NCBI GenBank assembly: GCA_016187745.1
Contig: JACPJC010000003.1
Location: forward strand, 1-64,000
Reading direction: 5' to 3'
Length of the DNA: 64,000 bases
Source of the DNA: Candidatus Iainarchaeum sp.
GTDB lineage: Archaea > Iainarchaeota > Iainarchaeia > Iainarchaeales > JAXPJC01
Position numbers and translations under genes: made by a program. The notes under the pieces were generated by a model, which worked only from the letters and a program-made list of their open reading frames with translations, was not told the origin of the DNA and ran no database searches. Below, piece by piece: positions 17,599-27,709 of this stretch (position 1 is its first letter; each line of letters opens with the position of its first letter).

Positions 17599-18822
17599 TC
17601 ATCTTTTTATTATTCTCTTGTAAATCTCCTCATATTCCGCGCAAATGCCGCCCCATGCCGCCTTTTCCTTTGCCATTTTGTGGCCGGCTTGCGCAAGCCT
17701 TGCGCGCAGCGCATCATCGCCAAGGAGTTTTATTATTGCATCTGAAAGCTGCCCCGCGCTTTTCTGCTCAACAAGGAGGCCTGTTTCATTGTTTATTACA
17801 AGGTCCGGAATGCCTCCGGTGTCTGCGCCTATTACGCATTTTCCCGTAAGCATCGCTTCCTTTGTTACCAATCCCTGGCCGCCTTCAGCTACTCCGTGCG
17901 AATCAACAATTGAGGGAATTATGAAAACATCGCATGCGGCATAGTATTTTGCAAGCTCCTCGTGCGCCTTATTGCCGAGGAAAATTATACTGCTCTGGAG
18001 ATTTTGGGCTTTTGCATAGGATTGCAGTTCCTCTTTCAATGGGCCTTCGCCAATGAGCAGCAGGGAAGTTTCGGGGAATTTCTTAAGCACTTCAGGCATT
18101 GCCTCTATCAGATAGCGCTGGCCCTTCATCTCATTGAAGCGCCCTATGCAGAGGAGAATTTTTTTGTTCTGCAGGGAGTGCTCTTTTATGATGGTTTCTC
18201 CGGAATTATTCGGATTGAAAAGCGCATCATCCGCCCCGTTGAATATTATTTGGATATCCTTGTTATAGCCGCAGGATTTCACTGCATTCGCTGTTGCGCT
18301 TGAGGTTGCAGTAACAGCATCCGCAGTGTTTGCGGCAAACCTAATCATGGAGCCCATTTTCATTTTCTTCGCGAGATATGCCTCTGTTCCGATTGCATTT
18401 ATTACTAGGGGGAATTTGCAGAATTTTTTTGCAATTGCGCACATCAGCCCCTGGGGGAAAACCCAGAGGGAATGGACAACATCAGGCCTGAATTTCCCTG
18501 CTGCGCGCATTACTGCAAGAGTGCCCGAAACCATATAGAGCGGCAGCTGCAGTTTTGCAAGATGGGACTTGCGCATATTTGCGGCCATTCCTGAATCGTA
18601 TGCAAGCTTTTCAAATCTGCTCGGGATAAAATATTTGAAGCGCTCAACGGGAATTTCCTTCAGCATATCCCTCTTTGGCAGGCCGGGATAATGGGCTGCA
18701 ACTACCAGAACCTCATGGCCCTTGCGCCTGAACTCCTGCGCCATGTTGTACATGAAATCTGTGAATTTGTCAGTCTCGGTTTTCTGGTAAGAAGAAGTTA
18801 CTATAAGGATTTTCATATTCAT
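17599..18822 (-). CDS. Glycosyltransferase family 4
   Basis: IFNGAD, GRFNEMKG, DVFIIPS, EAM, GGIPD, ETGLLV. Confidence 0.92.
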   Translation of the reverse strand: MNMKILIVTSSYQKTETDKFTDFMYNMAQEFRRKGHEVLVVAAHYPGLPKRDMLKEIPVERFKYFIPSRFEKLAYDSGMAANMRKSHLAKLQLPLYMVSGTLAVMRAAGKFRPDVVHSLWVFPQGLMCAIAKKFCKFPLVINAIGTEAYLAKKMKMGSMIRFAANTADAVTATSSATANAVKSCGYNKDIQIIFNGADDALFNPNNSGETIIKEHSLQNKKILLCIGRFNEMKGQRYLIEAMPEVLKKFPETSLLLIGEGPLKEELQSYAKAQNLQSSIIFLGNKAHEELAKYYAACDVFIIPSIVDSHGVAEGGQGLVTKEAMLTGKCVIGADTGGIPDLVINNETGLLVEQKSAGQLSDAIIKLLGDDALRARLAQAGHKMAKEKAAWGGICAEYEEIYKRIIKR

Positions 18823-20159
18823 CTTCCCCTTGGGGCTGCTTTAATTCTTGGCCGGGAGATCAATGGTTTGGGGAAATGCTCCAAGAATTTCTGGTGCTCG
18901 CGCATCATTCTAGGGGGGGTGTATTCCCTCTGCACGGGGTCCATTTCATTTACAAGGAAGATTTCCTTTTTCCTTCCGGCTTTCATTAAGTGAGAATTAA
19001 ACTTCCCCACAAGCTGCATAAAGCCGCCGATATACATTGTCCCCTCCTGGGGGGGCTGGTGTATATGGCCATGCTGGTGCGCATTATACCACCCGGAAGT
19101 AGTCCCGAATGCCTTCCTTCCCTTTGCGCTTTCAACCTCATAAACAAGCTGTTTTGTTGTGTCAATGCCGCCAAATTTTGTCCTGAATGTTTTAGTTGGC
19201 ATTCCCACATATGCTCCGGAAATATGCATATGCTCTATCTTAAGTCCGGAATAGGCCTTGAAGAACCAGTCAAAAACCCTCTGGCCCGGGACTATTGCAA
19301 AATCCTCAAGCCTGTGCTGCTCAAATGGAAAAATCTTTTGCGTTGATGTTGTCGGCTTTACAATTGCCGAAAGCTTGTTTGCTGCAATTATCCTGTCCTG
19401 CGCGTTTAACTTCGTATTTAATACCCCGCTGAAAAGCTGTTTCTCTGAAGGCTTCATAAACCTGCCGAAATCAATGTAAAAATCCCTTAACATTGCGTCA
19501 TCCCATTTTCCCAAGCCCTTTGACCTCATAAATCTCTGCAGTGGATTATAAACGTGCCTTATTGCCTGGTCTATCCGCATCATGGCAAAATGCTCCATGT
19601 CAAGGACAAAGCCGTCTGCAATTTTGTTAAGTTTCGCATATGTCCTGAAATTTGTCATTGTTCCCGGGGGCTCAATGTCTATGTTCTCAACAAGCACTTT
19701 TCCCCTGTAGCCGAGCTTGCGCTTTACGTTCATAATCTGGCGCATGCGCTCAAGGATTTCGCTCTCCCCTGAAAGAATCGGGGTGTAGCCGCCTCCTGGC
19801 CTTTTCTTCCATATGACCCCGAAAGGGGGATGCACAACCACTGTGCCGACATTCATCAGCTTCGCAACTTTCATTGCGTTTTCCATCTGGTGCAATTTTT
19901 CCTTTACAATGTTTGGCGTCCATTCCAGGCCCGCGGGCGCATGCAGGGAGATTGGCTTCAGGCCGCTCTCCGCGATGTTTATTTTTGCCTGTTTTGCAAA
20001 TGCTTCAGGATTGCTTATCAGCTTCGGATTGGTATATATTTCAAATGCATCATAGCCGGCGTTTCTAAGGCTTGAGAGCTGTGCCAGGTCCAAAGGGAGG
20101 GCCTTGCCTGCTGGATGGACCGCTGGCGAAGGCGCTGCGCCGAATTTTAGCCCCGCCAT
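18819..20159 (-). CDS. Xylose-isomerase-like/AP-endonuclease-2 TIM-barrel protein with a large insertion
   Basis: SLHAP, VVVHP, LVEN, LDMEH, HMHIS, HQPP..G, VNE metal-ligand pattern. Confidence 0.65.
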   Translation of the reverse strand: MAGLKFGAAPSPAVHPAGKALPLDLAQLSSLRNAGYDAFEIYTNPKLISNPEAFAKQAKINIAESGLKPISLHAPAGLEWTPNIVKEKLHQMENAMKVAKLMNVGTVVVHPPFGVIWKKRPGGGYTPILSGESEILERMRQIMNVKRKLGYRGKVLVENIDIEPPGTMTNFRTYAKLNKIADGFVLDMEHFAMMRIDQAIRHVYNPLQRFMRSKGLGKWDDAMLRDFYIDFGRFMKPSEKQLFSGVLNTKLNAQDRIIAANKLSAIVKPTTSTQKIFPFEQHRLEDFAIVPGQRVFDWFFKAYSGLKIEHMHISGAYVGMPTKTFRTKFGGIDTTKQLVYEVESAKGRKAFGTTSGWYNAHQHGHIHQPPQEGTMYIGGFMQLVGKFNSHLMKAGRKKEIFLVNEMDPVQREYTPPRMMREHQKFLEHFPKPLISRPRIKAAPRGR

Positions 20160-20162
20160 ATT

Positions 20163-21302
20163 TTATCCTCTCCGCAGTTCTGCAATGGAAGTGCAGATTC
20201 TTCTTATGTCTTCATTTGTGAGATTGAGCGAAGAGGGCAATTGAAGGCCCTTGCGCGAAATTTCCTCCGCAATTGGAAATTCCTTTCCTGAAGCGAAAGG
20301 CGCATAGGGCTTCATCCTGTGCAAGGGATAGAAAACCGGGCGGGTTTCAATATCCTGCCCCTTCAATTTCAGTGCAATTTCATCACGCGTCAATCCGAAG
20401 GAATCCTCAACTGAAATTATTATGAATGTTGCAATGCGCTTTGCGTAAGGCGCGGTTTTCGGAACTGAAATCCCGGGAATTTTTGAAAGGAGCTTATTGT
20501 AGAGGGACATTTGCGCTAGCTTTGCCTTTATTTTTTTCTTGTAGGTCTCAAGCTGTGCAACCCCTATTGCGGCCTGGACATTTGTCAAGCGGTAATTATA
20601 GCCTATTACTTCGTGCCAGTAGTATTTGCCGCGCACATAGCCCTGGTCCCTTATAATGCGTGCGCACTCCGCATAATCTGCATCATCAGTTACTAGCATC
20701 CCCCCCTCGCCTGTTGCAATCAATTTGCTTGCGTGGAATGAGAAACATGCAGCATCCCCTAATGAGCCAACCGGCTTGCCTTTATACTCCGAGCCGTGCG
20801 CAGGGCAGGCATCCTCTATGACTTTCAGATTGTGGCGCTGGGCAATTTCCATTATTGGGTCCATATCCGCGGGATGGCCATAAACATGAACGGGAATTAT
20901 TGCTTTTGTTTTTGAAGTGATTGCCTCCTCAATTTTATTCACATCAATTGTAAAATAATCTGCATCAGCATCAACAAAGTTTGGGATTGCGCAAGAGTGC
21001 AAGGCGCAGTTTGCGCTTGCAGCAAATGTGAAATCAGGCACTATGACCTCATCGCCGGGCTTTATCCCATAAGCGAGAAGCGCGAGATGCAATGCTGTTG
21101 TTCCGGAGGAGGTTGCAACCCCGTGGGCGCGGTTGCATAATTCTGCAAATTCAGATTCAAACTGCTTTACGAAAGGGCCTCCTGCGGCAATCCAGTTGGA
21201 TTTGAAGCATTCCTTAATGTACTTAAGCTCATTGCCATCAAGAGTCGGCTGGGCGGCGGGAAGGAATTTTGGCTGTTTCCTGATTTTTTTATTTTTTGGC
21301 AT
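20163..21302 (-). CDS. DegT/DnrJ/EryC1/StrS aminotransferase (perosamine-synthase-like)
   Basis: SSGTTALH, VHVYGHP, EDAC, SFHASKLIATGEGG, GYNYR. Confidence 0.92.
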   Translation of the reverse strand: MPKNKKIRKQPKFLPAAQPTLDGNELKYIKECFKSNWIAAGGPFVKQFESEFAELCNRAHGVATSSGTTALHLALLAYGIKPGDEVIVPDFTFAASANCALHSCAIPNFVDADADYFTIDVNKIEEAITSKTKAIIPVHVYGHPADMDPIMEIAQRHNLKVIEDACPAHGSEYKGKPVGSLGDAACFSFHASKLIATGEGGMLVTDDADYAECARIIRDQGYVRGKYYWHEVIGYNYRLTNVQAAIGVAQLETYKKKIKAKLAQMSLYNKLLSKIPGISVPKTAPYAKRIATFIIISVEDSFGLTRDEIALKLKGQDIETRPVFYPLHRMKPYAPFASGKEFPIAEEISRKGLQLPSSLNLTNEDIRRICTSIAELRRG

Positions 21303-22300
21303 TAAAATGCACCTTCCTTCTGCAAATCAAGCATGCGCTTTGCATTGTAGTAAATATTGTTCTCATAGGCGGGGATTAAATTATTATTCAATGCGTTTTT
21401 GAGCTCGGCAATGCCCTCTTTTACGGAAACCTTTGCCTTGTATCCGAGCGTGCGCCCAATCTTGTCGAAATTCAGGTTATAGGATGCGGAATTTGCAACT
21501 TCCTTATGGACAATTTTTGTATTCGGGAATTCATCTGCAATCATCTGCGCAATCTGCCCTACTGTATAATTCTCGGAATTTGAGCCAACATTGAACACCT
21601 GCTTGTGGATTGCATCCTTGTCAGCGCGAAGGCATGTGATGTATGCGTTTGCCGCATCGCTGACATGGAGGTTAGGGCGCCATTGCGAGCCGCCCATCTG
21701 CGTTATTTCATGCCTGTTGAATGCATGCGCGGACATTGCATTTATGACCAAATCAAGCCTTTGGCGCGGGGAATAGCCGAATACTGTGGATTTGCGCAAT
21801 GCGCATACTGTGAAGTCTTTTGAGGCTGCATCAAATAATGCCTCCTCGCACCTGATGCGGTATTTTGCATACAATGAGACCGGGGAAAGGGGGGAACTTT
21901 CAGTAAGGGAAATATTTTTGCCTGCTCCGTAAATGCTTGCGGAACTTCCATAAATGAAGCGCTGAACGCCAGCTGATTTTGCGTATTTGAGAAGGAGTTT
22001 TGTGCCCTCGTAATTTATGAGCCTGGTTTTCTCCTCACTTATGTCGCAGGACGCGTCATTTGCCAATCCTGCCAAATGAAGTACTGCGGAACAGCCTTTT
22101 ACTGCTTTTTTTGCAGCTTCGGGATTTTCTATTCTCCCATTAATCAATTCGAAATTTTCATTTTTGTGGAACTGTTTTATTCCGGAATCCCCGAAAAACA
22201 GGCAATCGAGAACCCTTACACTATGGCCGGCATCCAGCAATTGCTTTGTCAATATGCTCCCTATGTAGCCCGCGCCGCCTGTTGCTAGGATTTTATCCAT
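21302..22300 (-). CDS. NAD-dependent epimerase/dehydratase (extended SDR)
   Basis: TGGAGYIG, HLAG, SSASIYG, QWRPNLHVSD; catalytic motif reads YAKYR. Confidence 0.88.
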   Translation of the reverse strand: MDKILATGGAGYIGSILTKQLLDAGHSVRVLDCLFFGDSGIKQFHKNENFELINGRIENPEAAKKAVKGCSAVLHLAGLANDASCDISEEKTRLINYEGTKLLLKYAKSAGVQRFIYGSSASIYGAGKNISLTESSPLSPVSLYAKYRIRCEEALFDAASKDFTVCALRKSTVFGYSPRQRLDLVINAMSAHAFNRHEITQMGGSQWRPNLHVSDAANAYITCLRADKDAIHKQVFNVGSNSENYTVGQIAQMIADEFPNTKIVHKEVANSASYNLNFDKIGRTLGYKAKVSVKEGIAELKNALNNNLIPAYENNIYYNAKRMLDLQKEGAF

Positions 22301-22308
22301 TTTGCGCC

Positions 22309-22950
22309 TCAGGAAACCCTGTCAAATACGTATCTGCTTACCTTTTCATGCTCAGTTGGGGTTTTTGAGACCAGCTTGAAATCCGGAATTTCAGAGAAGA
22401 GCTCCTCGTAATTGTGCAGGGTTATGTGCTTTGATTTTATCATCTGGTCCGCGAGCGTTACCCTTCCGATGTCCGGTTCTAACAGAATTATGCGCTTTTT
22501 CGCAACCCTTGCAATTTCCGAAAGCGTCTTTTTGATGTCGCGCTTCGGAACGTGCACAAGCACAACAGAGCTTAGAACCGCATCAAAGGACTTGTCCGGA
22601 AACTCAAGCGCATTTGCCTTCATTACCTTCAATGCCGCCTTTTCCCCGAGGAATCTGCGCGCATTGTCAATCATCCCTGCGCTTATGTCTGTTCCCTGCA
22701 ATTTTGCTTTGGGGAAGTTTCCCGCAATCAGTTTCAGGTTCCTTCCAAAACCGCAGCCTATCTCAAGCAATGAATTCGGATTTATTTCTTTAAGCGCCTC
22801 AATAAGCAGGGGATTCATCTTGTCCTGGTCGTGAAGCCCGCGCTCCCCTAATCTGTACTCGTGCACATAGCTGCTGCTTCTCTCTTCCCAATAATCCTTC
22901 GGATTGTAGTTCCTGAAGAAAACATCCCTCAGCGCTGAAAACAGACTCAT
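22309..22950 (-). CDS. Class I SAM-dependent methyltransferase
   Basis: LEIGCGFG, GTDIS, FPDKSFD, VLVHVP, EIARV. Confidence 0.88.
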   Translation of the reverse strand: MSLFSALRDVFFRNYNPKDYWEERSSSYVHEYRLGERGLHDQDKMNPLLIEALKEINPNSLLEIGCGFGRNLKLIAGNFPKAKLQGTDISAGMIDNARRFLGEKAALKVMKANALEFPDKSFDAVLSSVVLVHVPKRDIKKTLSEIARVAKKRIILLEPDIGRVTLADQMIKSKHITLHNYEELFSEIPDFKLVSKTPTEHEKVSRYVFDRVS

Positions 22951-24125
22951 TTTCTCACTCCTTTTTTGTTCGGTCCAATGCTATTAACAATCTCAACAAT
23001 TCTTTTTAATTCCCTATCGCTCAGGCGCGAATGCACTGGTAGATTGAGTATTTGCTTCGCAATGGACTGCGCGCCCCTATACTTATTGCCGCCATAGGAA
23101 TAGGAAAAGCTGAAGCCGGTATCCAGGCCTTTTGTAAGGCAGCGCTTGTAGAAATCCCCCTTCTCCATATTTTCAACCATTATCGGGAAGCGCACCATTA
23201 CCGCGGAATTTTCCTTCGGTATTTTTATCAGGCGCAGGCCCTTTGACTTTATCTTATTGAAATAGAATTTTGCGATTTCCTTCCTGCGCGCAATTGTTTT
23301 ATTTATCCTGCGCAATTGCGCCAGCCCGATTGCGGCCTGGAGATTTGTAAAATCTTCATTGTAATCATGATTCTTGCGCAGGTCAAGCTCGCCCGTATAG
23401 GATGTGAAGCCCTCCTTTTTCTGGAACAGTGGGAGGGTTATATGCTCATAAATGAAAGAGCTTGCGAAGATATTGAATGAGAGAAGTGTTGCAAACCTCT
23501 GCAGAAGGCGGGAAAGCTTCTGCTTCCTCTTTTCCTTATTGTATGCGGAGAGGGTTTTTTTGTAAAGTTCCTCGTTTTTGAATAATACCGCCCCGCCGCG
23601 CGCGCAAGGGAGGGATTTTGTGAAATCAAAGCTTATTATGCTGGCCTCTCCGAAAGAGCCGCACATTCTGCTTTTATGCGCCAAGCCGAAGCATGCGGCG
23701 CTGTCCTCAATCAGAATGCACTCATTTGATTTTGCAATCCTGCCTATTTCATCAATTTCGCAGGGAATCCCGAACTGGTGCATAAGAAGCACAATTGAAT
23801 TCGGCTTTATGCTGCGCCCGAGTGATGAAGCCGAAATGCTTAACGTGTCCAAATCAGCATCAATATAATTGACTTTTTTGTCTGCAAGAATGCAGGCTTC
23901 AATTACCGCATTGCAGCAGTATGCGGAAACAAAAATTTCCTTCTGGGGGAGCTGCTTAAGAAGGTAATACAAGCCGCCGTGGGCGCTCGGAACCAGCAGC
24001 GCATATGGCATGTTGAAAAATTCGGAAAGTTTCTGCGCGAATCTTTGCTTTGGGCTGCGCAGGAGATTTGCAAAAACAAAGGGAAGGGAGCTTAATCCGA
24101 ATTCAACCTTCAATCGCGCTATCAT
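22947..24125 (-). CDS. DegT-family PLP-dependent protein (divergent)
   Basis: HQFGIP, IEDSA, GSFG, SFDFTKSL...GG, LNLPVH. Confidence 0.82.
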   Translation of the reverse strand: MIARLKVEFGLSSLPFVFANLLRSPKQRFAQKLSEFFNMPYALLVPSAHGGLYYLLKQLPQKEIFVSAYCCNAVIEACILADKKVNYIDADLDTLSISASSLGRSIKPNSIVLLMHQFGIPCEIDEIGRIAKSNECILIEDSAACFGLAHKSRMCGSFGEASIISFDFTKSLPCARGGAVLFKNEELYKKTLSAYNKEKRKQKLSRLLQRFATLLSFNIFASSFIYEHITLPLFQKKEGFTSYTGELDLRKNHDYNEDFTNLQAAIGLAQLRRINKTIARRKEIAKFYFNKIKSKGLRLIKIPKENSAVMVRFPIMVENMEKGDFYKRCLTKGLDTGFSFSYSYGGNKYRGAQSIAKQILNLPVHSRLSDRELKRIVEIVNSIGPNKKGVRK

Positions 24126-25657
24126 TCGGAGTCCCCCTCCTCAATCCTTTCTGTTTCTGTCCTTATGAACTGCTGGGCCTGGAGGACTTTCTTCAGCGAA
24201 ATTATCCAGTTCACATACTGCATCTTGCGCCTGCTCTTGAGCATTGTGCGCAGATACTGGGGGGAAAGGATGAATGAGAGGTTGTTCCACAAATGCGCAA
24301 GGTGCTTGGGATTCTTGAAGGAAAGCTCGTGCACATTCGGGAATTCCTTTGAAAGGTCATCAATTAATTTTGAATATGGGATTTTGTGCTTTGCAAACCG
24401 GTATTTTTTTTCAATCACATCAAGCCAGGTTTCATAGCCGCTTGGATTGGGCCCCATCTTATCGTAATCTTCCTGCGGAACCCCGCCAATGTCATCATAA
24501 ATGTCAGTTCCGGGGAAGGGAGTGGTAATATTGAAAATGCTTACCGTTGCATTAAGCTCGCGCGCAAGGGAAATCGTTTTCTGGACATCCTCTTCCGTTT
24601 CCTCAGGGGTATTGAGCATGAAATTCGCAAAGGTCCTTATTCCTGTTTTTTTGCATATCCTGAATGCGTTTTTTATCTGCTCTACTGTAATGTCCTTCTG
24701 CAACCTGTTGAGAACCTCCTGCGAGCCGGATTCCACCCCGAAATCAATCTGTATGCAGCCGGATTTTTTCATTTCGCGCATCAAATCCTCATAAACCAGG
24801 TGCACGCGAGTTTCGCACGCCCATATCAAATCAAGCTTGCGCTCCCTGAATTCCCTGCAGATGCTGAGAACATGCTCCTTGTTTACTGTAAATGTGTCGT
24901 CATAAACATACAGGCCGTCGATTTTGTATTTGTCCTTGAGAATCTGCACTTCCTCCCCTACTAATTTCGGGCTCCTGAAGCGCAGCATCCTGCCGAAAAT
25001 ATTCTTGTTTACGCAGAACCTGCAGCGGTAGGGGCAGCCGCGGGAAGTGTAGGTGTAAAAGCCCGCAATCGGAATTCCCCTTATGCAGTAAAAATCCGGC
25101 TTTGTGTAGAACTTCATGTCAATCTTGTCAAATGCGGGAAATGGGAGCAAATCCAAATCCTTGATGTAGGGGCGCGCCGGGGTTTTTGCAAGCCGGCCGT
25201 TCCTGTGCCAGGCAATTCCTTTCACGCCTGCGGCATTTGAATTTTTCCTTATTGCCTGAACCAATTCAAGGAAGGTCTGCTCCCCCTCGCCCATTACTGC
25301 AAAATCCACGGGGCTGCCCTTGAAAACCATTTCCTCCGGAATAAGGCTTGGGTGAATCCCCCCCGCAATTATTTTTGCATCGGGCTTTAGGGTTTTCATC
25401 TCCCTGCAGAAATCAAGGATTTCCCTGAGTTCTGTCGTGAGGCATGTTGTCCCGATAATGTCGGAATCGCGCCTTTTTATTTCCGAAAGTATTTCCTGCG
25501 TTATTTTTTCCTTGGGCTCATAGCCCTTTATGTCGATTATGTCAGTTGGAATTCCGTTCTTTTCCAGATATGAGGCAATGCACATCAGCGCAAAAGGCGG
25601 GCGCTGCGAGGCGGCCCTGCCCGCAGGGGAAACAAGAAGCACCTTTTCAGAATCCAT
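24122..25657 (-). CDS. Cobalamin-dependent radical SAM protein
   Basis: PPFALM, GGIHPS, GEGE, SRGCPYRCRFC, GVESG, PFPGT. Confidence 0.92.
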   Translation of the reverse strand: MDSEKVLLVSPAGRAASQRPPFALMCIASYLEKNGIPTDIIDIKGYEPKEKITQEILSEIKRRDSDIIGTTCLTTELREILDFCREMKTLKPDAKIIAGGIHPSLIPEEMVFKGSPVDFAVMGEGEQTFLELVQAIRKNSNAAGVKGIAWHRNGRLAKTPARPYIKDLDLLPFPAFDKIDMKFYTKPDFYCIRGIPIAGFYTYTSRGCPYRCRFCVNKNIFGRMLRFRSPKLVGEEVQILKDKYKIDGLYVYDDTFTVNKEHVLSICREFRERKLDLIWACETRVHLVYEDLMREMKKSGCIQIDFGVESGSQEVLNRLQKDITVEQIKNAFRICKKTGIRTFANFMLNTPEETEEDVQKTISLARELNATVSIFNITTPFPGTDIYDDIGGVPQEDYDKMGPNPSGYETWLDVIEKKYRFAKHKIPYSKLIDDLSKEFPNVHELSFKNPKHLAHLWNNLSFILSPQYLRTMLKSRRKMQYVNWIISLKKVLQAQQFIRTETERIEEGDSE

Positions 25658-25699
25658 GTTAGATAATAGTATCCTAAAATGCATTATAAATGGTTTATT

Positions 25700-25715
25700 T
25701 TTGAGTTTTGTACTA
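25700..25715 (-). promoter_or_regulatory. Conserved upstream motif TAGTACAA-NN-CTCAAA
   Basis: Identical apart from the 2-nt spacer to copies at 44865, 47572 and 61003; lies just upstream of a TTTATA box. Confidence 0.6.
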
Positions 25716-25768
25716 GCGCAATTCCGGTTTGGGTGGATTATTAAAATATTTGTGGCTTTAATTGTAAT

Positions 25769-27337
25769 ATGCCGGGAAATGAGGGCAGAAAACTTGCAAT
25801 AATCGGCCTGGATGGCGCGAGTTTCAGGTTTATCAAGCCTTTAATTGAGCAGAACAAGCTGCCCAATATCGCAAAACTGATGCGCAATGGCTCTTTCGGG
25901 GCGCTGCGTTCAACCATCCCGCCCATAACCGCGTGCGCATGGCTTTCCTTCATGACCGGGAAGAACCCCGCAAACCACGGGGCATTTGACTTCAGGACAT
26001 ATAATTTGCACAAATACTCCTGCTATGATGAGGAGTTTGTGAACTCTGCGGATTTTCGGGGAACGACAATATTTGATTTTTTGAGCGCAGAAAATAAAAG
26101 TGTGTGCGCAATTAAGGTGCCCCTTACCTATCCGCCGTGGAAAATAAACGGGATAATGGTTTCGGGGTATCCCGCCCCCACAAAAGGCGCAATTGTGACC
26201 TATCCGCCCGAACTTAACGGGGAAATAAATAAAAATTTCAGATTGCAGGGGAACCCGCACTACGATTCAAAATACACATTTGAAATAGCGATGCATGCGA
26301 TTGAAAAAATAAATCCAGAACTGCTGTGCGTTGTGTTTTCCGAAATTGACTGGATTGAGCACTGGCACTGGGGAAAGAAGGATAATGAAATTGAGCACGC
26401 TTACATAACCGCAGACGGGATGATCGGGAGAATCATTGATGCGCTTCCGGATGCCGATTTTGTGATAATGTCGGACCATGGCGCTGGAGCCACTCCCCCG
26501 CATAATTTCAACACGAATTATTTTTTGAGGCAGATTGGATTGCTTGATGCGAAGGGAAAGGGGAAAATCGCAAAGGTTGCGGGGAATTTAACTTTCCTCG
26601 GGGTTGTTGCGTTCACTGAATTCGCGCGCAGCTTCAAGGATGCGATAAAGCGCTTCCTCCCGAAGGGGATGCAGGAGGGCATTTCAGCAACAATGCAGTC
26701 AACCTCGTCAATTAATTGGGCCAATACAAAGGCATACCGCGTACCCATGTATTTGGCGGACGGGATTGAAATCAATTTAAAAGGAAGGCAGCCCTTGGGG
26801 ATTGTGGAAAAGGGGGAATATGAGGAACTGCGGAATAAAATCATTGCAGAGCTTAAAAATGCAAGGAACCCAAAAACAAATGAGCCGATTGTGAAGGAGA
26901 TTTACAAAAAAGAGGAGGTTTATTCAGGAAAATACATTGAATCGCGCACCCCGGACATTGTGTTCCTGTACAATGAGAACTACATGGGCGGAAGCGCGCT
27001 TGATGGGCTGATAAGCAAAACGCCATGGTTTTTGCGCAGGCGCATTCCCGGAGGGCACGCAATGGACGGGATTTTCATAGCAAGCGGTGCGGGCATCAAG
27101 GCAAACAATGAAATTTCAGGCGCAAAAATTGAGGATGTTGCGCCCACTGTGCTGCACATGCTCAATATGCCGGTTGATGAGGGAATGGATGGAAGGGCGC
27201 TTGAGGAGATTTTTGAAAATAAAAGGGAAATTAAAAAGAAGAAATACGGAACTGAAGGCGGGGGCGCTGAAGCAAAATTAAGCGCGCAGGACGAGGAAGC
27301 CGTCAAGCAGAGGCTGAAGGCGCTGGGATACATGTGA
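25769..27337 (+). CDS. Alkaline phosphatase superfamily / type I phosphodiesterase-like protein
   Basis: IGLDGA, STIPPITACAW..FMTGKNP..HG, D..EH, SDHG, GGHAMDG, DVAPT; ends RLKALGYM. Confidence 0.88.
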   Translation: MPGNEGRKLAIIGLDGASFRFIKPLIEQNKLPNIAKLMRNGSFGALRSTIPPITACAWLSFMTGKNPANHGAFDFRTYNLHKYSCYDEEFVNSADFRGTTIFDFLSAENKSVCAIKVPLTYPPWKINGIMVSGYPAPTKGAIVTYPPELNGEINKNFRLQGNPHYDSKYTFEIAMHAIEKINPELLCVVFSEIDWIEHWHWGKKDNEIEHAYITADGMIGRIIDALPDADFVIMSDHGAGATPPHNFNTNYFLRQIGLLDAKGKGKIAKVAGNLTFLGVVAFTEFARSFKDAIKRFLPKGMQEGISATMQSTSSINWANTKAYRVPMYLADGIEINLKGRQPLGIVEKGEYEELRNKIIAELKNARNPKTNEPIVKEIYKKEEVYSGKYIESRTPDIVFLYNENYMGGSALDGLISKTPWFLRRRIPGGHAMDGIFIASGAGIKANNEISGAKIEDVAPTVLHMLNMPVDEGMDGRALEEIFENKREIKKKKYGTEGGGAEAKLSAQDEEAVKQRLKALGYM

Positions 27338-27400
27338 AAAGCCGAACAAAAGCCTTATATATCAAAAGGTATCAAATTATATCAGTAGAATTGGAGAATT

Positions 27401-27709
27401 ATGGCTAACAAGATGGTTCATCTGCGCGTTCCTGCCGAGCTTTACTTGCAGAGCCTGACTATTGTAAAGGAAAAAGGGTTTGCAAGCATACAGGAATTCA
27501 TGAGGAATGCAATGCGCAACTTTATTGATAAGTGGGAAACTGAAATGGCAATAGAGAGGATTAGGAAACTAAAGGGCAGCCTAAAAGGAGTTAAACCCCT
27601 GACTGAAGCAGAAAGGGAAAAGGCGTTTAGGGACTTCCTTAAAATGACTCCAAAGCAGCGTTCAGACTTGTTCAGGGAGTTTGGCCTTGAGAATATCAGA
27701 AAAGCTTGA
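27401..27709 (+). CDS. Ribbon-helix-helix protein, putative antitoxin
   Basis: MVHLRVPAEL...GFASIQEFMRNAMR; TATCA repeats at 10-bp period upstream (27360, 27370, 27380). Confidence 0.78.
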   Translation: MANKMVHLRVPAELYLQSLTIVKEKGFASIQEFMRNAMRNFIDKWETEMAIERIRKLKGSLKGVKPLTEAEREKAFRDFLKMTPKQRSDLFREFGLENIRKA

